Below are positions 1 to 15,200 of a stretch of DNA of 64,000 nucleotides, piece by piece (position 1 is the first letter of the stretch; each line of letters starts with the position of its first letter). Origin of the DNA: Carcharhinus amblyrhynchos (Eukaryota); NCBI GenBank assembly GCA_965287045.1, contig OZ336885.1:62806001-62870000 (forward strand), in the 5' to 3' direction. Under the pieces are notes generated by a model, which was not told the DNA's origin, ran no database searches, and saw only the letters and a program-made list of their open reading frames with translations. The translations under genes and the position numbers were made by a program.

Positions 1-1249
1 CTGTATTACTTGTCTTGGTGACATGTCAGTCCACAACAAGATTGTTGCTTCAGCTAATTGTGAAATTCCCAAAGACGCTTTGCCAAGACAATCGGGTGTA
101 TCAGTCCAAGACCACTTGGCAGGCACACTCTTATGCCCAGACAATGGGTCCTTTCAATTTTGCATTTAACGTTTCATTAAGTGTTTCAACATGTGTCCTG
201 TGTTCGAATCTTCTTTATAATTTACGATGACTAATTTATTGTCAGTTTCGAGTGGTTGAATTTCTATCGACTCAGCAATGTTTGTTAATTTGTTATGGTG
301 AATATGAGAAACTTATTGTATATTAACACTCATCAATCAAAATAAACATCATTTTCATTCATGTTATTTTTTTTGTATTCACAATTAAACACACGTTCAT
401 TCCCATATCTGGCAAAAACTAAGATCTGTCTATAACGCTACTTGGTAATTTTGAATCACCTACCTCACCCTCTCATGCAGAACTATATATGCAGTCGCTC
501 GATAATATTTCTTGGTTGCATTATTTCATAATTCCATCCGTCTAACAGTATCAACATTTGAGGATCCAAATGAGGACCCCTGAATTTGAAGAATCATGAC
601 AACATTACTCTATTTGTGGACATATCTACAATACTTGCATGCATATTGCCCTTCCTGCATTCTCACCAGAAACAATGTCCCCCTTGGTTTATAATTAATA
701 AAATAAATCTATAATCTATGAAATTCCTCCGGGACGAGTAACATCTGAGATAATGCGATTCTGAACACAGCACAATTTTAAACACTGTCCACAAAATCGC
801 GCAGGCAGCTTCAGGTGGTAATGGTGAAGAAGAACTTGACTGTCATAGCCTGACAGGCTGGGCAGGAAATGAATACACATACATAAAAGAAAACGGTGCA
901 AATCTAGCGTATAAAGCAGTTGTATAAATGGATGCTTAGTGCACATTATCTGAATTCATAAAACATTTTTAGCAGTATTCCTACTTTGACTGTACAGATT
1001 ACAACTTGTGGGAATGTTCTATTTACTACTGGGGAAGAACGGTTGCAACGTGATAAAGACTATGTGGTCAATATTTCCTGTTTTAAAATAAATGGAACGA
1101 AAAGGCCAAACTAGATATGAGATGAGGCTTCTTCCTGTGGTGTACCATCCTTTTTTTTGTTAAATGTTCTATTTGAGTTTATTTTTGCGAGTGGGCAGTA
1201 AGCAGAATATGAGGGAATCCTTGTTACAACTTGACAGTCAACATTTTGT

Positions 1250-1530
1250 TTCATGAGCTTTGCGTTCAAATTAATTTAGTAAACTTCCAAATTTGCATGG
1301 AAACAGTAGACTCGGGTGCACTGAACGATCCAGTCATGATACAGGTCAGCAAAATACATTCAGACAGATGTTCGAAATGGAAAACGAATGTTTATCCCCA
1401 AAAAAGAGAGTTTTTTTTTGCACCAGAAAGGGACAAATCCCATGGTTAACAAAGGAGGTCAAGGATGACGTTAAATTGAAAAGCAGGATACACAAAGTAG
1501 CAATGGATAATGGTAGTGAGTGTGATTTCT
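1250..1530 (+). mobile_element. Old CR1 LINE ORF2 fragment
   Basis: PWLTKEVKDDVKLK.. resembles the CR1 ORF2 linker motif PW(L/M)T. Confidence 0.55.
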
Positions 1531-1619
1531 TGCTTGGGATCCAACATCAAATTGTTGACAACCTTCCAACAAGGGAGAAAAAATATTGTGAGACAACATA
1601 CACGCAAAATTAACTCAAA

Positions 1620-3120
1620 TAAAACAATGCACAAAGAAAAGAGTGAAAGCACAGCGCAGGTACAGTCATTCCGCCCTCTAAGTCTGTGCTGATCATAATG
1701 TCCGAAATACACAAAAACTATTGGTCTGACTCTGTTCCTCTCGCTCTATTTCTTCGTTATTCATAAACAATCCAGTTGCTTGTTGAATGTAGCCAACATG
1801 TCTGCTTCTACCATTTCCTCCTGCAGTGTGTCCCAGACAGCCACTACTTTCTGCGTGTAAAACATCCCCCAAAAATCTAATTTTACGTTTCCCCTTTCAT
1901 TTCTAATTTGCTCCCTTTGAAACTGACACCCCCGCCCCTGGAAAACGCTCCCGAATGTCCGCCCTATCAACGGTTCTCATAATAACGTTCCATCTGTCAG
2001 GGCTCACCTCGCTGTACATGTTCTCAGTAAAAATAATCCCAGTTTATGTAATCTCTCCTCATGACGAAAACGTCGAAACTCGATAACATATAGATGATCC
2101 TTCTTTCCACTGTCTTCAAAGTTTCCACGTTCTTCGGATATGACGATGATCGGGACTGACCGCAATACTAAAATGCGACCAAACCAAGTTTTAGTATTGT
2201 TGCACTATATTTTCCCAACTCCCGGGTTCAATACACCGGCTGATGAAGGCAATGATTCATATGTCTTCATAATCACATTGGCCACCTGGGTTGCCACTTT
2301 TAGGAAACTCTGGATCTGGGCCCACATATTCATCCATCGGTTAATATTCCAAAGGGTTGAGCCAATTACAGCATAATTCCCAACTAAATTAGATAGTCCG
2401 CAATTCATTACCTCACATTCATCCAGATTTATTTCAATCTGTCTTTCCTCCAGCTAAATCTGCAATCTGGTAGTACGCTGTTGCGTACTCTGACAATCCT
2501 CTGCACTATCAACAACTCCAAAATATTCGTATCAATCCCGAATTTAATATTCCGACCGTTCACACCAACCGCTCCAGTTCATTTATTTATGCTCCAAATA
2601 ACAAAGGTCCCGGCACTGATCACTGTTGAACAACGCCATGATTTTTCTTATCCAAATGTGCATGCATCCTGCCACAGTATATTCCCCAAAATTTCCCCCA
2701 GCACGCTATCAGGCTCATCGGCATAAATGTTATTGGATTATTCCTTGTATATTTCTTAAAGAAGGCAACAAGGATTCTTCCGTCCCCTGGAAACACCGTG
2801 CGTTCAAAATGGATGTGAGGAAACTATTACTTCCTCCGATAGTTCTACCTTTGCCTTCCGAAGCAGCCTGACATCGATCCCATCTGAACCTGGGCACATG
2901 TCGATATTAGTGCATTTTAGGATAATCATCACTTCCTCCTTTGATAAATTGACGTTCAACACAGCATTCAGACACTAATCCCTGACCTCAATATCCGTCA
3001 TTTCCTACTTCTTGGTAAATACAAATACAAGTACTCATTCAGGGTTTCACATAATTTCGGTGATTCCACGCAAACTTCCGACCATTTTTATCGAGTGGGC
3101 TTAGTATTTCTCTTGCAGCC
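1620..3120 (-). mobile_element. Degraded CR1 LINE (RT and 3' end)
   Basis: Minus frames FYTQKVVAVWDTLQEEMVEA and LKVATQVANV; CR1-type 3' tail. Confidence 0.8.
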
Positions 3121-3233
3121 CTCCTGCTGACATTTATTCTGAAATAACGTAAATCGAAGTTATATTTTAATCATTGATGTTACTTTGAGATCAGAAGTTG
3201 TTCATGTTTGTCATTTTTCTATTTCTTTCACAG

Positions 3234-3260
3234 AAGATAAAATAAACGACCGAAAAGACG
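3234..3260 (+). CDS. 27-nt micro-exon, D class, (E)DKINDRKD
   Basis: ttttctatttctttcacag|AAGATAAAATAAACGACCGAAAAGACG|gtatgc; exon and flanks resemble 60034. Confidence 0.75.
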
Positions 3261-6200
3261 GTATGCAAAATAGAGAGGATTCGTACCAATGATTAAAAAA
3301 AATGTTAATGGCTTTGCATTCATACACGAGCGGAAATCTATAGGAAACCCGTGAAATTGATAACCTTGCTCGCAAGGATTTGAAAATATATATTGATTAC
3401 GCTTAATGTGTAACATGTAAACGTTAATAAGTTACCACATGCAGGGATGCATCAACGCTGATTCCTGTGAAAAGGAATCATGCTCCACGTCCATAAATCG
3501 ACAGAAAAAAATGCACTTGTATTCAAGGTTGTCTTATCAAAGGAAACGAATCACACACAACTTCACGATATATTGAAAAGAAAATGGCATGCTATGCATT
3601 AATTATCTTAATTCATGCACTTCGTAAGTCCTTCGTTAAAAGAAAGGAAAGTATGTTCTTGTTTTATTTTAATAGTTCTCAGGGTGATAGCATTTCTGCT
3701 CATGGTTATGATTTCACTGAATCCAAGGGGCAAGATTTAGAATGACATTAGCAGTGACAAAAAAAGTATAAAAATCACAAAAAAAGCTTAATATCTCAGA
3801 GAGAACATTATATGGAAATAATCTGTATCAGTGCGATCGTTAGTCGGTGTGCCTGCACAACTGTATGTGCATGAGTTTATGTGTTTGTTGTGTCAGCGTG
3901 TTGTCTCGATTTGTGTATGTCCTTGTTTACATGCGTACAAGCGTTTATCCAACTGTCCGCCACGCAACACACATTAAGCTACTTGATTGAGGTACAAGTG
4001 ATAGTGCTCACGGGATTACTGGTTGATAAAAATACACAAAGTATCGCACGTATGAGCAATATCGTGTATGTAACACGCATATTAGCTGTTCTTACGCGGC
4101 AGGTAGCAGAAACTTTCCTTTTTAACTCTAGGAAGGCACGGGAAACGTACATCACATTTACACATATCGCTGCTTTCTGTGTTGGTTGTGTGTAATTTCA
4201 AAATTAGATTCGATAGAAACCTGGAGAATATTGACTTCAGGGAAGAGATAAGAATGGATAGCGAACATGAAGACAATAGATCGAATCAAGTCCTACTCCA
4301 CCATACTAATTGCATAATTCCTTGAGTACAAATGATCAACCTGAAAATGCAGAAACATTAACTTAGTCGGCTTTGCCACCTCAATCCAGACAAGTGCAGA
4401 GAAGATTTACGTCATGCAGGTGAGCATCATCATGTGAGTCTGGGTCACACTGCGCAAGTAGTTTTGTAGATGCGATTTAAAGTGCAATTAGTCTGAAAAT
4501 TGATTTTGTACTCTTTATAAATCATGTACAATTAACGCGGCAAAGTGTTATTTAGCTCCGTCATTGCTGAATTAATCGATATAGTTATTATACATGATTA
4601 TATACGAGGTTGAAAATAATTATATTATTTATTACCTACTTCAATGGCCACTGAAGTTTGTTAAGTCTTACAAAGTCGTACTAATTTGCGAATTTAGAGG
4701 GCATAGAAGGGAAAAATAAGGAATTTGCTAATATTGACTCAATACAAGGGGTTGAAAGTGGAACAAGTAATGATAAGTTTGAATTGAGTTGATGTCCGTT
4801 AAAAATATCTCGTTCTGTAACTGACAATTTCATCAAAACACGAACCAAGACACGAATTTTTTTCAAGGACGCAACTTTCCTCTGAGCAGGTCTGTTGAGT
4901 TAACTTTAATTGAACAGATTATAATAACATTTACTATTTACCCATTGACCATTCACGGTAAACCATGGCATTTTTGCCCCATGCTATTGGCACAAATCTT
5001 GCTGTTGGTAACAGCCTAGAATTAAGTTTGTCTGTGCGCTAACATACTATCCTATTTGGGCCGGACATAACAACGTCAACATATTACTTCAGTATCACTT
5101 TGATCGACTGATCTCAAACACAAAAGCAGACGCACACGCAATAGTTTCATTTTCGTTTTTGTTGCGGAAACAATAATTCATGTCCTCCTGTAATCTTGTC
5201 TGGCGTACGTTACTCTAGCTCCAATTCGTTTTCAGGTAGTTTTGACTTAATGTTCGGGACATGCCTCTAACTTGTTGATTTCTTTAGCCGAAATCGTCGA
5301 CGCATCCTTCCAATACAAATTGTTTTTGAAGGCTATTCATAAAACATTGTTTTCCCTCCTGATGAATCTTTTGATCATCTGAATACTTGTTCATGCAGTG
5401 CTTCTGTGATGAGCTGTACATTCTACCTTAACAATATTGCTCGATAATGTTGCTAACATCTACAAGTGTGTTGATGGACGGAACAGGTGAATGATTTGGC
5501 GATCTGTCATTAATATGTTTTGTTTTGCACATTAACCAATCCAGGGGTGAATTCGTTGTTTTGAGCCTTTTTTGTGTGTGAAACATAAATGAAAAAGATT
5601 TATGTTTCATTCTTTCCTCATTGATAGCCGGATTCTATGATCTGTGCGTAAGGCGAATTTGGTGCGAAGACATCATTGAAGTGTTATTGCTGTCATTCGC
5701 ACTTCGGTGATGCCAGTGGCAAACCTAAATCTCTCCATGGAATGATTCTTACTGCAGGGGAAAAAAAAAGTTGTAAACAGTGAAAAAAAAAGAAATAGAA
5801 ATATGAACACAGGGAACACTGCTCACTAAACTTGCAATGCAATGAAATCAGGGATATATATATATCTGGAAACGAGCTTAGTTCGGCTTTTATTCGGAAA
5901 TGGAATAAAATGCGTCCACGTGTGTCCCACTGTAACGATATCACACTCGCACAGAAATGTAGCAAGCTGCTGAATTGAATAACAAAAAAAAACTAAGATC
6001 CATGAATAAGATGGAACAAATCGAACTGTTGAACATCAAACAAACCCAGAATTTGCATTCCGAAGAATTGGTACCAAGAGTCGAGGTGGTGCAGGTCGTG
6101 TGTGTGTGTGCATGTCTGCGTGTGCGTGTCAGATCTGTCTTCAGTCGCTCCATAACTTTGAATGTTACAAAGTGTCAAGTGCAGCTAGCCAGAAGTATTT

Positions 6201-9200
6201 CACTCCAGAATCCCCTCACTGGTTAGGTGTTTTATTTTCATACCTTCTCTGAATCACTTGTTCCCTATCACAATCTATAATATCCATGACCAAACTCAAT
6301 GAAATGAATGTGTTCTTCTTCACGCACCCTCTCTTTTCATGGCAAAAATGTTATACAAAGCAATCCTGNNNNNNNNNNNNNNNNNNNNNNNNNNNNNNNN
6401 NNNNNNNNNNNNNNNNNNNNNNNNNNNNNNNNNNNNNNNNNNNNNNNNNNNNNNNNNNNNNNNNNNNNNNNNNNNNNNNNNNNNNNNNNNNNNNNNTGCT
6501 CAAAGAAAAATAACCCAATCTATTCAGTCATTGCTCATATTTCCAAGGATATACCCCAACATCATCGTCAAACTCCCCATCAATGCCCCCAGCTCTGTAA
6601 CATTCTTCACAAAGCGAGAACTGCAGATCATTCAGAACTCCATTTGTGGCCTTACCAGAAGTTCTACGTAATTTCAACATTACCTGCTTGTTACTAAATT
6701 CTTTGCCTTGAGCAGTGAACGAGACCTCTGACTGCCTTCTTATTTATCCTACTCACCTGTTCGGCCTACTTCACTGATCTGTTAATAAATGCCCCAAGAT
6801 CCATCTGTTCCTCTGAGCTTCCCAATTTCCAGCCATTCAGCGAACAATACCTTGGCATTTTACTCTTCTTCCACAAGACAACACGTTGCAACAGTGTTCA
6901 TTACCATCCGCTAAGTTTCTGCCGATGTCCCCAAACTATTTATATTTTCCTGCATCCTCGGGGAATATTCCTCACCATTAACCATCCTTCAAATCTTGGT
7001 GTACTCTGCCGACTTGCATCACCGAAAAACGCTCATATTTGTTTTATATCATTGAGGAACATGTATACTAATCGTCGTCGTAGTTCTGATTTTTGTGGCA
7101 CACAGCGTGTCATGGACGACCAATTTCTGGAAGAGACTTCTGCCACAAGCGATGTTGTCTAATGTTTTAAAGCCAGTTGCTTATCCATCTCGCCAAACTT
7201 CCGCGATTTTCATATGTTTTGAATTGCAACATAATTCTTGGAATGGCATGTTCCCAGTGTCATTGAAATCAATGCAAACTACATGTACTGAGATTCTCTT
7301 TTCTTCCGCTTGTTCACAATATTGAAAATGTCTTACACATGTTAGGCATGACATAACTGTAAAATATTGTGCTGAGTTTACCTCGTTGACACTTTCTTTT
7401 TCAGGTGGCTATTAATCCCATCCCCCCCACACACACCCCAACACCCTCCAGCCCCTTCAGAAAATGATCCAATCGTTTCGCTGTAACGAGTGTGGACTCA
7501 GCGAATTACTTACTCACCTTAATCAAACACCCATCTTGAAAAATTGAAATCACGTGAACCATCCCCCAGCCCCTTAACAAGACACCCGTGGCGAGAGAGT
7601 TATTTAGCGAATCTGCCAGATTCCCTACAATTTTGTGCCTCGCTTCCCAAAGGAGCGTGTGAAGCAGCATATCAGTGCCACTGTTTTTTTTTTCATTCCT
7701 TTCCCCGTCACAGCAAATTCCATGAAAAACTGGATAAATTCTTCATAGTCCCTGTTTCTTCATGTACCTATATTTTCTTTACCCAAGTGAAGACCAAAGA
7801 TAAGTCTTCATTTAACACATTTTCAATGGACGTTGCTTCACATACACATTGCTCACTTTTTCTCGAATGGGCTAACATACATTTTTGGTAAATATCTTCA
7901 CAGTAATTTATTTAAGAATTATGTCTTAGGTTCTGCCCCAGTTCACACGACCTTTCTCATTCCCTTTTTTTTGTTCATCTTATTAATTTCTGAAATTCCC
8001 TCATACAATTCGTATATCCCTGTCTCGTTGCTGTTGAACTGTTCTCTTTGGACCTGCAAAGGACGTTCTCTTCTTTTTCGCACAGTCCGGAAGTGTACTG
8101 GATATCCATGGTCCAGTTTCCCTGAACGCATTGCTTCTACATTCAACCCCCCAAAATGAAATATCTATTTGACCAGCAATCTGCACTGCTTCATTAGTGC
8201 CCGCAGAACTGCTCCCACGCAGAACTGCATGCAATGAGCTGCCCCCGTTCAATTTCAACAGTTCATCTGTTTATTTAAGTTCCCCAATCCAATGCTATTA
8301 TGTGCACTCCACGCTTGCCCTTGTCCATACGAGATATGTAACAAGCAATGCTCATAGAATCAGAGACTTATAGAACCAAAAGGTATATAGGCCAGTCGAC
8401 CATCGAGTCTGCACCGACACACGAGAGAAACTTTGACTCCCAGCTACCCCCATCTACCAGCAGTTGGCACACAGTACTGGATGTCATGAAATCTAAGTGT
8501 TCATCCAGGTATTATTTTTTAAGGAGCTGAGACATCCCTCTTCCACCATGCTTGATGGCAGCAAACTCAAGGCAATTACGACTGGTTGTTTCTTTTTCTC
8601 CCTCAGATCCCCGCTTCACTTCCTGCCCCTCATCTTGAAATGTGCCCTATTGTGACTGATCCTTCAACTGAGGGGAACAGAAGTTGTTTACACCACCTTC
8701 ATGTCTCCAATTACTGTACACCTCAATCAGCTTGCCCTCAGTCGTATTGGCCCCAATACTAATAGCCCAAGCTTACGTAATCACTCCATACTACAAATAA
8801 TCCATCACAAATTGCGCCTTGGTGAATCTCTTCTGCACCACGTTCAGCACAATGAGATTGCCTCTCATAGTGTGGCGGTCACAACTGTCCACAATACTCC
8901 AGAAGTAGCCTTCCAATGTTTTTTTTCAAGTCGTTGTCTGGATCCCTGAACTGCTGCTCCACTGCCACATTGATCAAAGGCTCGTATGTTAGCACTGTCA
9001 TTAGATATGTTGTCTCACAGTACGAGGAACCCGTGTTCAATGATGGCCTCGGGTTAATGCCTGCTTGGAGTTTGTCTGTCCTACCTGTGTTTGCATGAAC
9101 TTCCACCAGCGCTATGTTCATTTTACTCCCACACTGCAAGAAAGTGCATGTTATGGTATTTTGAAATGCAAAGTTGCCCCGTGGTAACAGGGAAACTACC

Positions 9201-12200
9201 TGTAAAAAATATTTTCTTGCAGCGTGATAGAGCCTGAGTGAAATTATTGCCATGCAGGCTCGACCGTCCGAACGGTCTCCTTCTACAGTGTTGTGATTTG
9301 AGTTTTTGTCTGGTATTCTTCCCCAGAAAAAAAGATTCTACCCTCCACCCCCCCCCCAACCCCCGCAAGAACCCTCGACATATTATTAAAATATTCCGAT
9401 GGATATGTTTCAAGAAATCTCCGCCCTTCCTTTGTGACTCTGTGAGCATCCCAGGTTGTGTTCCTAAAATTGACACCCCCAGGACAATCACCTTTTCATG
9501 GAAGGAGAATTTAACATGGTCAATGCGCGTAACCAGCACATATTTACACTCTGATAGGAAACTGCCGCACCCAGAGCAACCCCAGGCAGATACGAGGAGA
9601 ATGTGCGAACTCCACATAGACAATGACCTAAGTCGGGAATCGTACCTGGGCCAATGATGCTGTGCGGCAGCGATGCAAACTACTGTGTCACAATGCCGTC
9701 CCATTACACTTTCCACTCTCCCACTCAGAACCTCCCGTGTGCGCAGTCCTTTGTTGATCGAGAACTTTTTATGCTTGCACATCAGAAACAGTGTCTTGTT
9801 GAAATAACCCAATCAACAGCTTTGTAGATTCTTCCTCTCTATTGAAACCAGGCAGCCTGTGCATAATTCACAATGAAATTTAGCTTATGGGTCCACGAGT
9901 CGTCCAGTCTGGCTTCAGTTGGACTCTCTTCATAAGGCAAAGCTGTCTATTAGCTTCAAATATTCGCACACAAGGAATCCCTCCAGCAGGCAGGCACAGA
10001 GGTTAATTGCCCCTAGATTTTTCAATGGTGAGCAGGCCCTGTTGAGTGAAGGCACAAGCTGCAATAAACATGGAGGGATGTCGCCCAAGACGTTGTGCAA
10101 CGAATGATGCCTTGGAAGTTTTCGCTCCAGCTGTCAATGCCTGCGCATTGCCCAGACTTGCAACTCGGTCTCAAAGAATGAATAACCTTTTTTGTGCAGC
10201 AAGGGTAAGAGAACCCATTTGAAACATGCCATGTGTGCTGGATAATATGAAATCATTTCGAGCACCTTAGGGATAACCGCTCATTTTCACAGCACTTGCC
10301 ACCAAAACGTATGCCTCTCCCCAGTCAGTAGAGGACAGTACCGAAACTTCGCCTCGATACAACCCACGAGCGTGCCCACAACTTCGACATACAGTGCAAA
10401 CGGCGCCCTTCTATACGTCTTGTCGTCAATCCCTTTGCATCCACCACAAGAGAAAATCAAATGGAAGAGTGGGGGAGAATAACGGCGCTTGTGTGCCCGA
10501 GCCGACTCACAGATTTTGAGTACATAGAACATAGAACATAGAACACGGAACACTACAGCACAAACAGGCCCTTCGGACCTCAAGTTGTGACGATCATATC
10601 CATAACTGCCAGGCCTGTCTACAAATCTCAATCACCTTAAATTCCATGTACTCAGCAGAAGTCTCTGAAAAGACCCCAGTGTGTTCGCCTCTACCACCAC
10701 CGACGGCACCCGAATACAGTCACTCACACACTCTGAGGCAAAAAATTACCCCTGACATCTCCTCTGTACCTGCTCCCCAGCACCTTAAATTTGTGTCCTC
10801 TCGGAGCGACCATTCAGCCCTGGGAAATACCCTCCTAGGTCCAAGCTATCAACATCTTATAAACCTTTAACAGGTCGTCTCTCAACCTTCGTCTCTCCAC
10901 GGAGAAAATACCTAACTCCCTCAACTTATCCTCATAAGGCATGAATTCCCAATACAGGCGACATCCTTTTAAATCTCCTCTGCACCCTCTCAATAGCTTC
11001 CACATCTTTCTTGCAGTGAGGCGACCAGAAATGCACGCAGTACTCCAAGTGGGGTCTGAAAGGGCCTCAGAAAGATGAAGCCTTACCACCCGACTTCTAA
11101 ACTCAATCCTTCGATTAATGAAGGTTGGTGCAACATACGCATTCTTAACTACATCCTCCACCTGTGAGGCCGATTTAAGAGTCCTATGGACTCGGACCCC
11201 AAGGGCCTTCTGCTCCTCAACATTAGTGTAACCTGCATCTAGCATGGTAAGCAGAACAGAAAATTCATGGTTTTCATCCCTCCAACAAGCCAAAATCTGC
11301 TGCCCCGTATTATTTGAAATAAGTGCCATCCTGCACTGGCTCTTTTAGTTCCATTCCAGACTGTGTGACTTTCCTTCTTGTGGATCCTGATATGCAAGGC
11401 CATACCAGTGTCAGCATAGCAGCTCTCTTTTTGCTGACAGTCTCCACCACATTTTGATTATTCCTCGGTGGGAAGCTTTGAGGAATCCTCTGAAGAAAGC
11501 ACCAGTGAGCCAACACAGACATCTATGATACAACCACCAACACATGGATGAGCACGACGGTAGGGAATAAGAGTAATGAGGGTTCGGTTTCGTTTTATAG
11601 TGAGCACATCACAGCCATTGATACACATGTGGTGGAGGTGGCAACGCCTGATGGCTCGGACATGCGGAAGCTGCGGGATGAGAGCACTCAGCTCTTCCCA
11701 AATGTGTTCTCTGGGGTTTGTCATCACGAAGTTGGTGGAGCTGAATCCGTCGACCCGGGTAATTGTGAATGGACTATTAGCAATCGTGCTGCGTCTACAA
11801 GTTTGTTTTGAAATGAAAATGCAGTGCTGTCGCAGAAGGTGGTGTCGTCATGACATGATTCCAAGGTAAACACATTAACTTGGCATTCGCAGTGGAATGT
11901 CGGGATTAACGCTTTCTCCTCATGCGTGACAGGTGCAAAACATCCTTGAGACACAGTGGATCTGGCAGAGACACCATAACCTACGGCTGTGGCTGTTTCC
12001 GCAGGTCTGAAACCTCTAATGTTCATGATGATGCGTGGCAGAAGGAATTTGGAAACATAGATGGCCATGGCAGGGCCTCTACCAGGGATTCAGGAGACAT
12101 TGTGGGCCCCAGCTTTGGGCCACAATTTGGTTTGGGCAGAAGGACCAATCCTACGTAGTTTTATAGATTTAGTAATGCAGGCAATGCTGTAGCGATGGGG

Positions 12201-15200
12201 GTCCAGACCTTCAGGAATTCTCAGAGTCTAGCGCTGAAAGACCACAGACAATGGGAAAGCCGGGTCATTGACTTCAAGGCTAGCAATTTCTGTTGACTCC
12301 ACCGGAAATGGAACTTAGTTCAGCTGCCCTGGCATCCCACGGAACGACGCAAGGGAGGGACTGAAGCCCATGCTGAGGGCCCATGCCAACCACGGGACTC
12401 CATACATTCCGAGATCTTCTAAATCCCCGTTATTTACATGAGTGCATTTCAGATGCAGATGGATAAACAGCTTCCCTTGATAACATCAGTACCATCCACA
12501 AGTCGGCCGTGGCACTCCAGCTCTCATTCAAACTGGGGACATCATCCAAGGGCATCACAGACCACAAGGCGCGGATGACATCTGCCATGTGCATTATGGG
12601 CGTCACTTAGGCAACGCCAGGCGGGATGGAAGCTAAGAAAGTTGGAGAGTCAATAAGAGGACATCTCATCTCTTTGCAGGGTGAAGGTATTTCGAAACGT
12701 TTAAATAATAATTATAATTATCTCTGCACCACACAGCTGTGAGTAATTTGCCTTTAATTCTTCTTCCACGGTGCAGAGTGTACCTAGTTTCAGACTTCAA
12801 GGTGCAGACCGTTGTGCTGCGCAACATTTATCCCTCAACCAAAAGTTACAAAGTACCTGTTCTGCTTCCGTCAAGAATCCATCAGACCCAGTGTGGAATA
12901 GCGCAGCATAACATCTTCCCACAACCTTCAACCCATGGACACAGTTACGCACAGGTTTATGCTCACAACCGTTTTCCAAAGCAGCAAAAGTTCTCGTGTT
13001 CAATCCGACATCAGGTGCCAGAAGGGAAGGATTCCAGGGCCTTAGAGTGAGTATCTATCAACTTCCAGCCTTGATCAAAGAATCACAAGCACAGCGGGAC
13101 CAGGTCTATCAACCAGTGGGAGGGAATCCTCAGAGAAATCCACGTCTTAAGCATGGCATTGCACCACTTCACAACGGACCATAGAAGAATGAATCTAATT
13201 GCAGCGATTCTCTGCATTAGTCTCAGAACAATGCAATGGTGCCAACAGCCATGACCTGAGTGGATTATTCCTGTTCTTCATGAGCCTTTCCTGCAGCCCG
13301 GGCTGATATTTAAAGAGCGCAGGATGGCCGAACTCCGCAGAAGTGGGGGTTATCATGGATATTCCCTGGGTGCCATGCTCACAAATGCATCACTATTGGT
13401 CTGCAGTTGTAAAATATACAACCGATGAGCAAGGAAAAAAAAACCTTCCTGTTTACAAATCGTTTTCTACCAAATTGAGCGGACCACAGGTCGACATGAG
13501 CGCACCACCCCACAAACACCTGCACAAGGGGAATGCGTGTGCTGGTGACGAAGCCTGTAGCTCGGGACGCCCTCTTTCGACCTAACGTTCAAAATACATG
13601 AACCTTAGCTGGTTCTACAAACATTTCGTAACGTGAATGAAACAGCTGTGCACAAATGGCAGTGACATGCCAGAATTGTCTCCACCAGGAAAGCTCCGGT
13701 GACATAGAAGTTCAGGGTCGCCAGAACCCTCATGTTTACTGGGTGCGCTACTTGCCCCGGATGTGCCAGTTCATTGAATACATGCCACCGGTGCCACACT
13801 GTCTCCTGGCAAGGGGGAACCGATGCAAGCACATATTGTCAGCACGCACTTCAAGTATCTCCTTGTTCTGCACTGCCTCCATCTGCATGCTTTCCCAAGA
13901 TTCATGTAGCACATCCTGCGTCTCACCGGCTGCTCCAGAACTTCTTGTCCTTTTTTCTGGCACTTGCTTTCATTCCAGTAGCTGTATGACCTCTTCCACT
14001 TACAACGCTTCCCCGTCCTCAGCAGTTTCCACAAGCATGACCATCTCAATGAGTATAAGTCCGAAAGCTATCTGCCCTGTGGGTAGTAGAGAGAAAAAGG
14101 GTGAGAGAAACATACGTTCTGTTTTATTTCCCGAACTCCCCGGCCCTCAGTAGGTCAAATGTCCCTAATTGTGGATGATGTGAATGCACACAATCTAGTG
14201 TGTCATAGGTCACCTGAAAACGTTGCCGACCATTGCTGTTGTGGCTGCTGATGGGAGCGGGAGGATATGTGTTTACTTTGCTGGCTTTACAATTGTGCAC
14301 GCTTCAGCCATTGTCACTGGTGCGACTAATGAATTCCCTTGCAGGTATGTGTTCAAATTCAGGCTCTCTGGGCAGTGACAGCCTCCTGTTTACAACAAGT
14401 TTGTTTTTCTTTCAACACAAAGTCCATGAGGTATGACTCTCTGATATAACATGAGTTCCCCTCCTCAAAAGAAAATAAAAACAGTTGCCTGACTTGATGA
14501 GCCCTCAACAACTACATGTCTCCCTAAATTCCACCGAAACCACCAGCGCACAGAAATGTGTCTCACCTCAACCCACAGACAGGAAAACGGATCAACGATG
14601 TTTCTGGAAACAACAGTCCCACTAGCAAATAGTAAGGACCCTCACCCCAACACACTGCAAGAATAATGCCAAATACCAGTGGCTGGAATGAGCAGTGGAG
14701 AGCAAAAAAAAAATCTGCAGCCCACCCCACTGACAGAACAAGTGGAACATGCCTGGGCCTGGATTCTGCACTTTCGGCACTCAAACAACTTTCCCAGCAC
14801 GCCCCCTCCCCGCCCCGCACATTGCGTGCTACAGTTCTATGCCACTTACGTTCTCACTCCTCTTCCGTGCAGGTACGCCAGTTTCCAATTTTTATTGGGC
14901 AGGAGCAAATGACGCCATCCTGATCTAACACCAGAGATGGGGAGATTCCGCACAGAGGAAGGGGGAAGAGTGACGTTGTTAAAAAGAGACTTTAAATTGC
15001 CGTCACGCCGATCTTCAGCGCCTGTGATATCGTGCTGAAAAACTGAACCTCGGGGATGTATGCAGGCCCGGGAACCCAGCGTGAATCTCACGAAATGCAT
15101 GCCGGAGACATCCCACGGCCAGTTGTGCTCCGAATGGGCGCACCGGGCAAGGACATTCAAGAACATTATCTACTCTCATTGCAGTAATTTACTCCGTATT

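Noticed and set aside
5461-5487. Possible micro-exon ending ggaacag|gtgaat
   Set aside because: No AG at a 27-nt distance and the peptide fits no exon class.
9123-9812. 229-aa minus-strand ORF
   Set aside because: Runs through SINE and LINE tail sequence.
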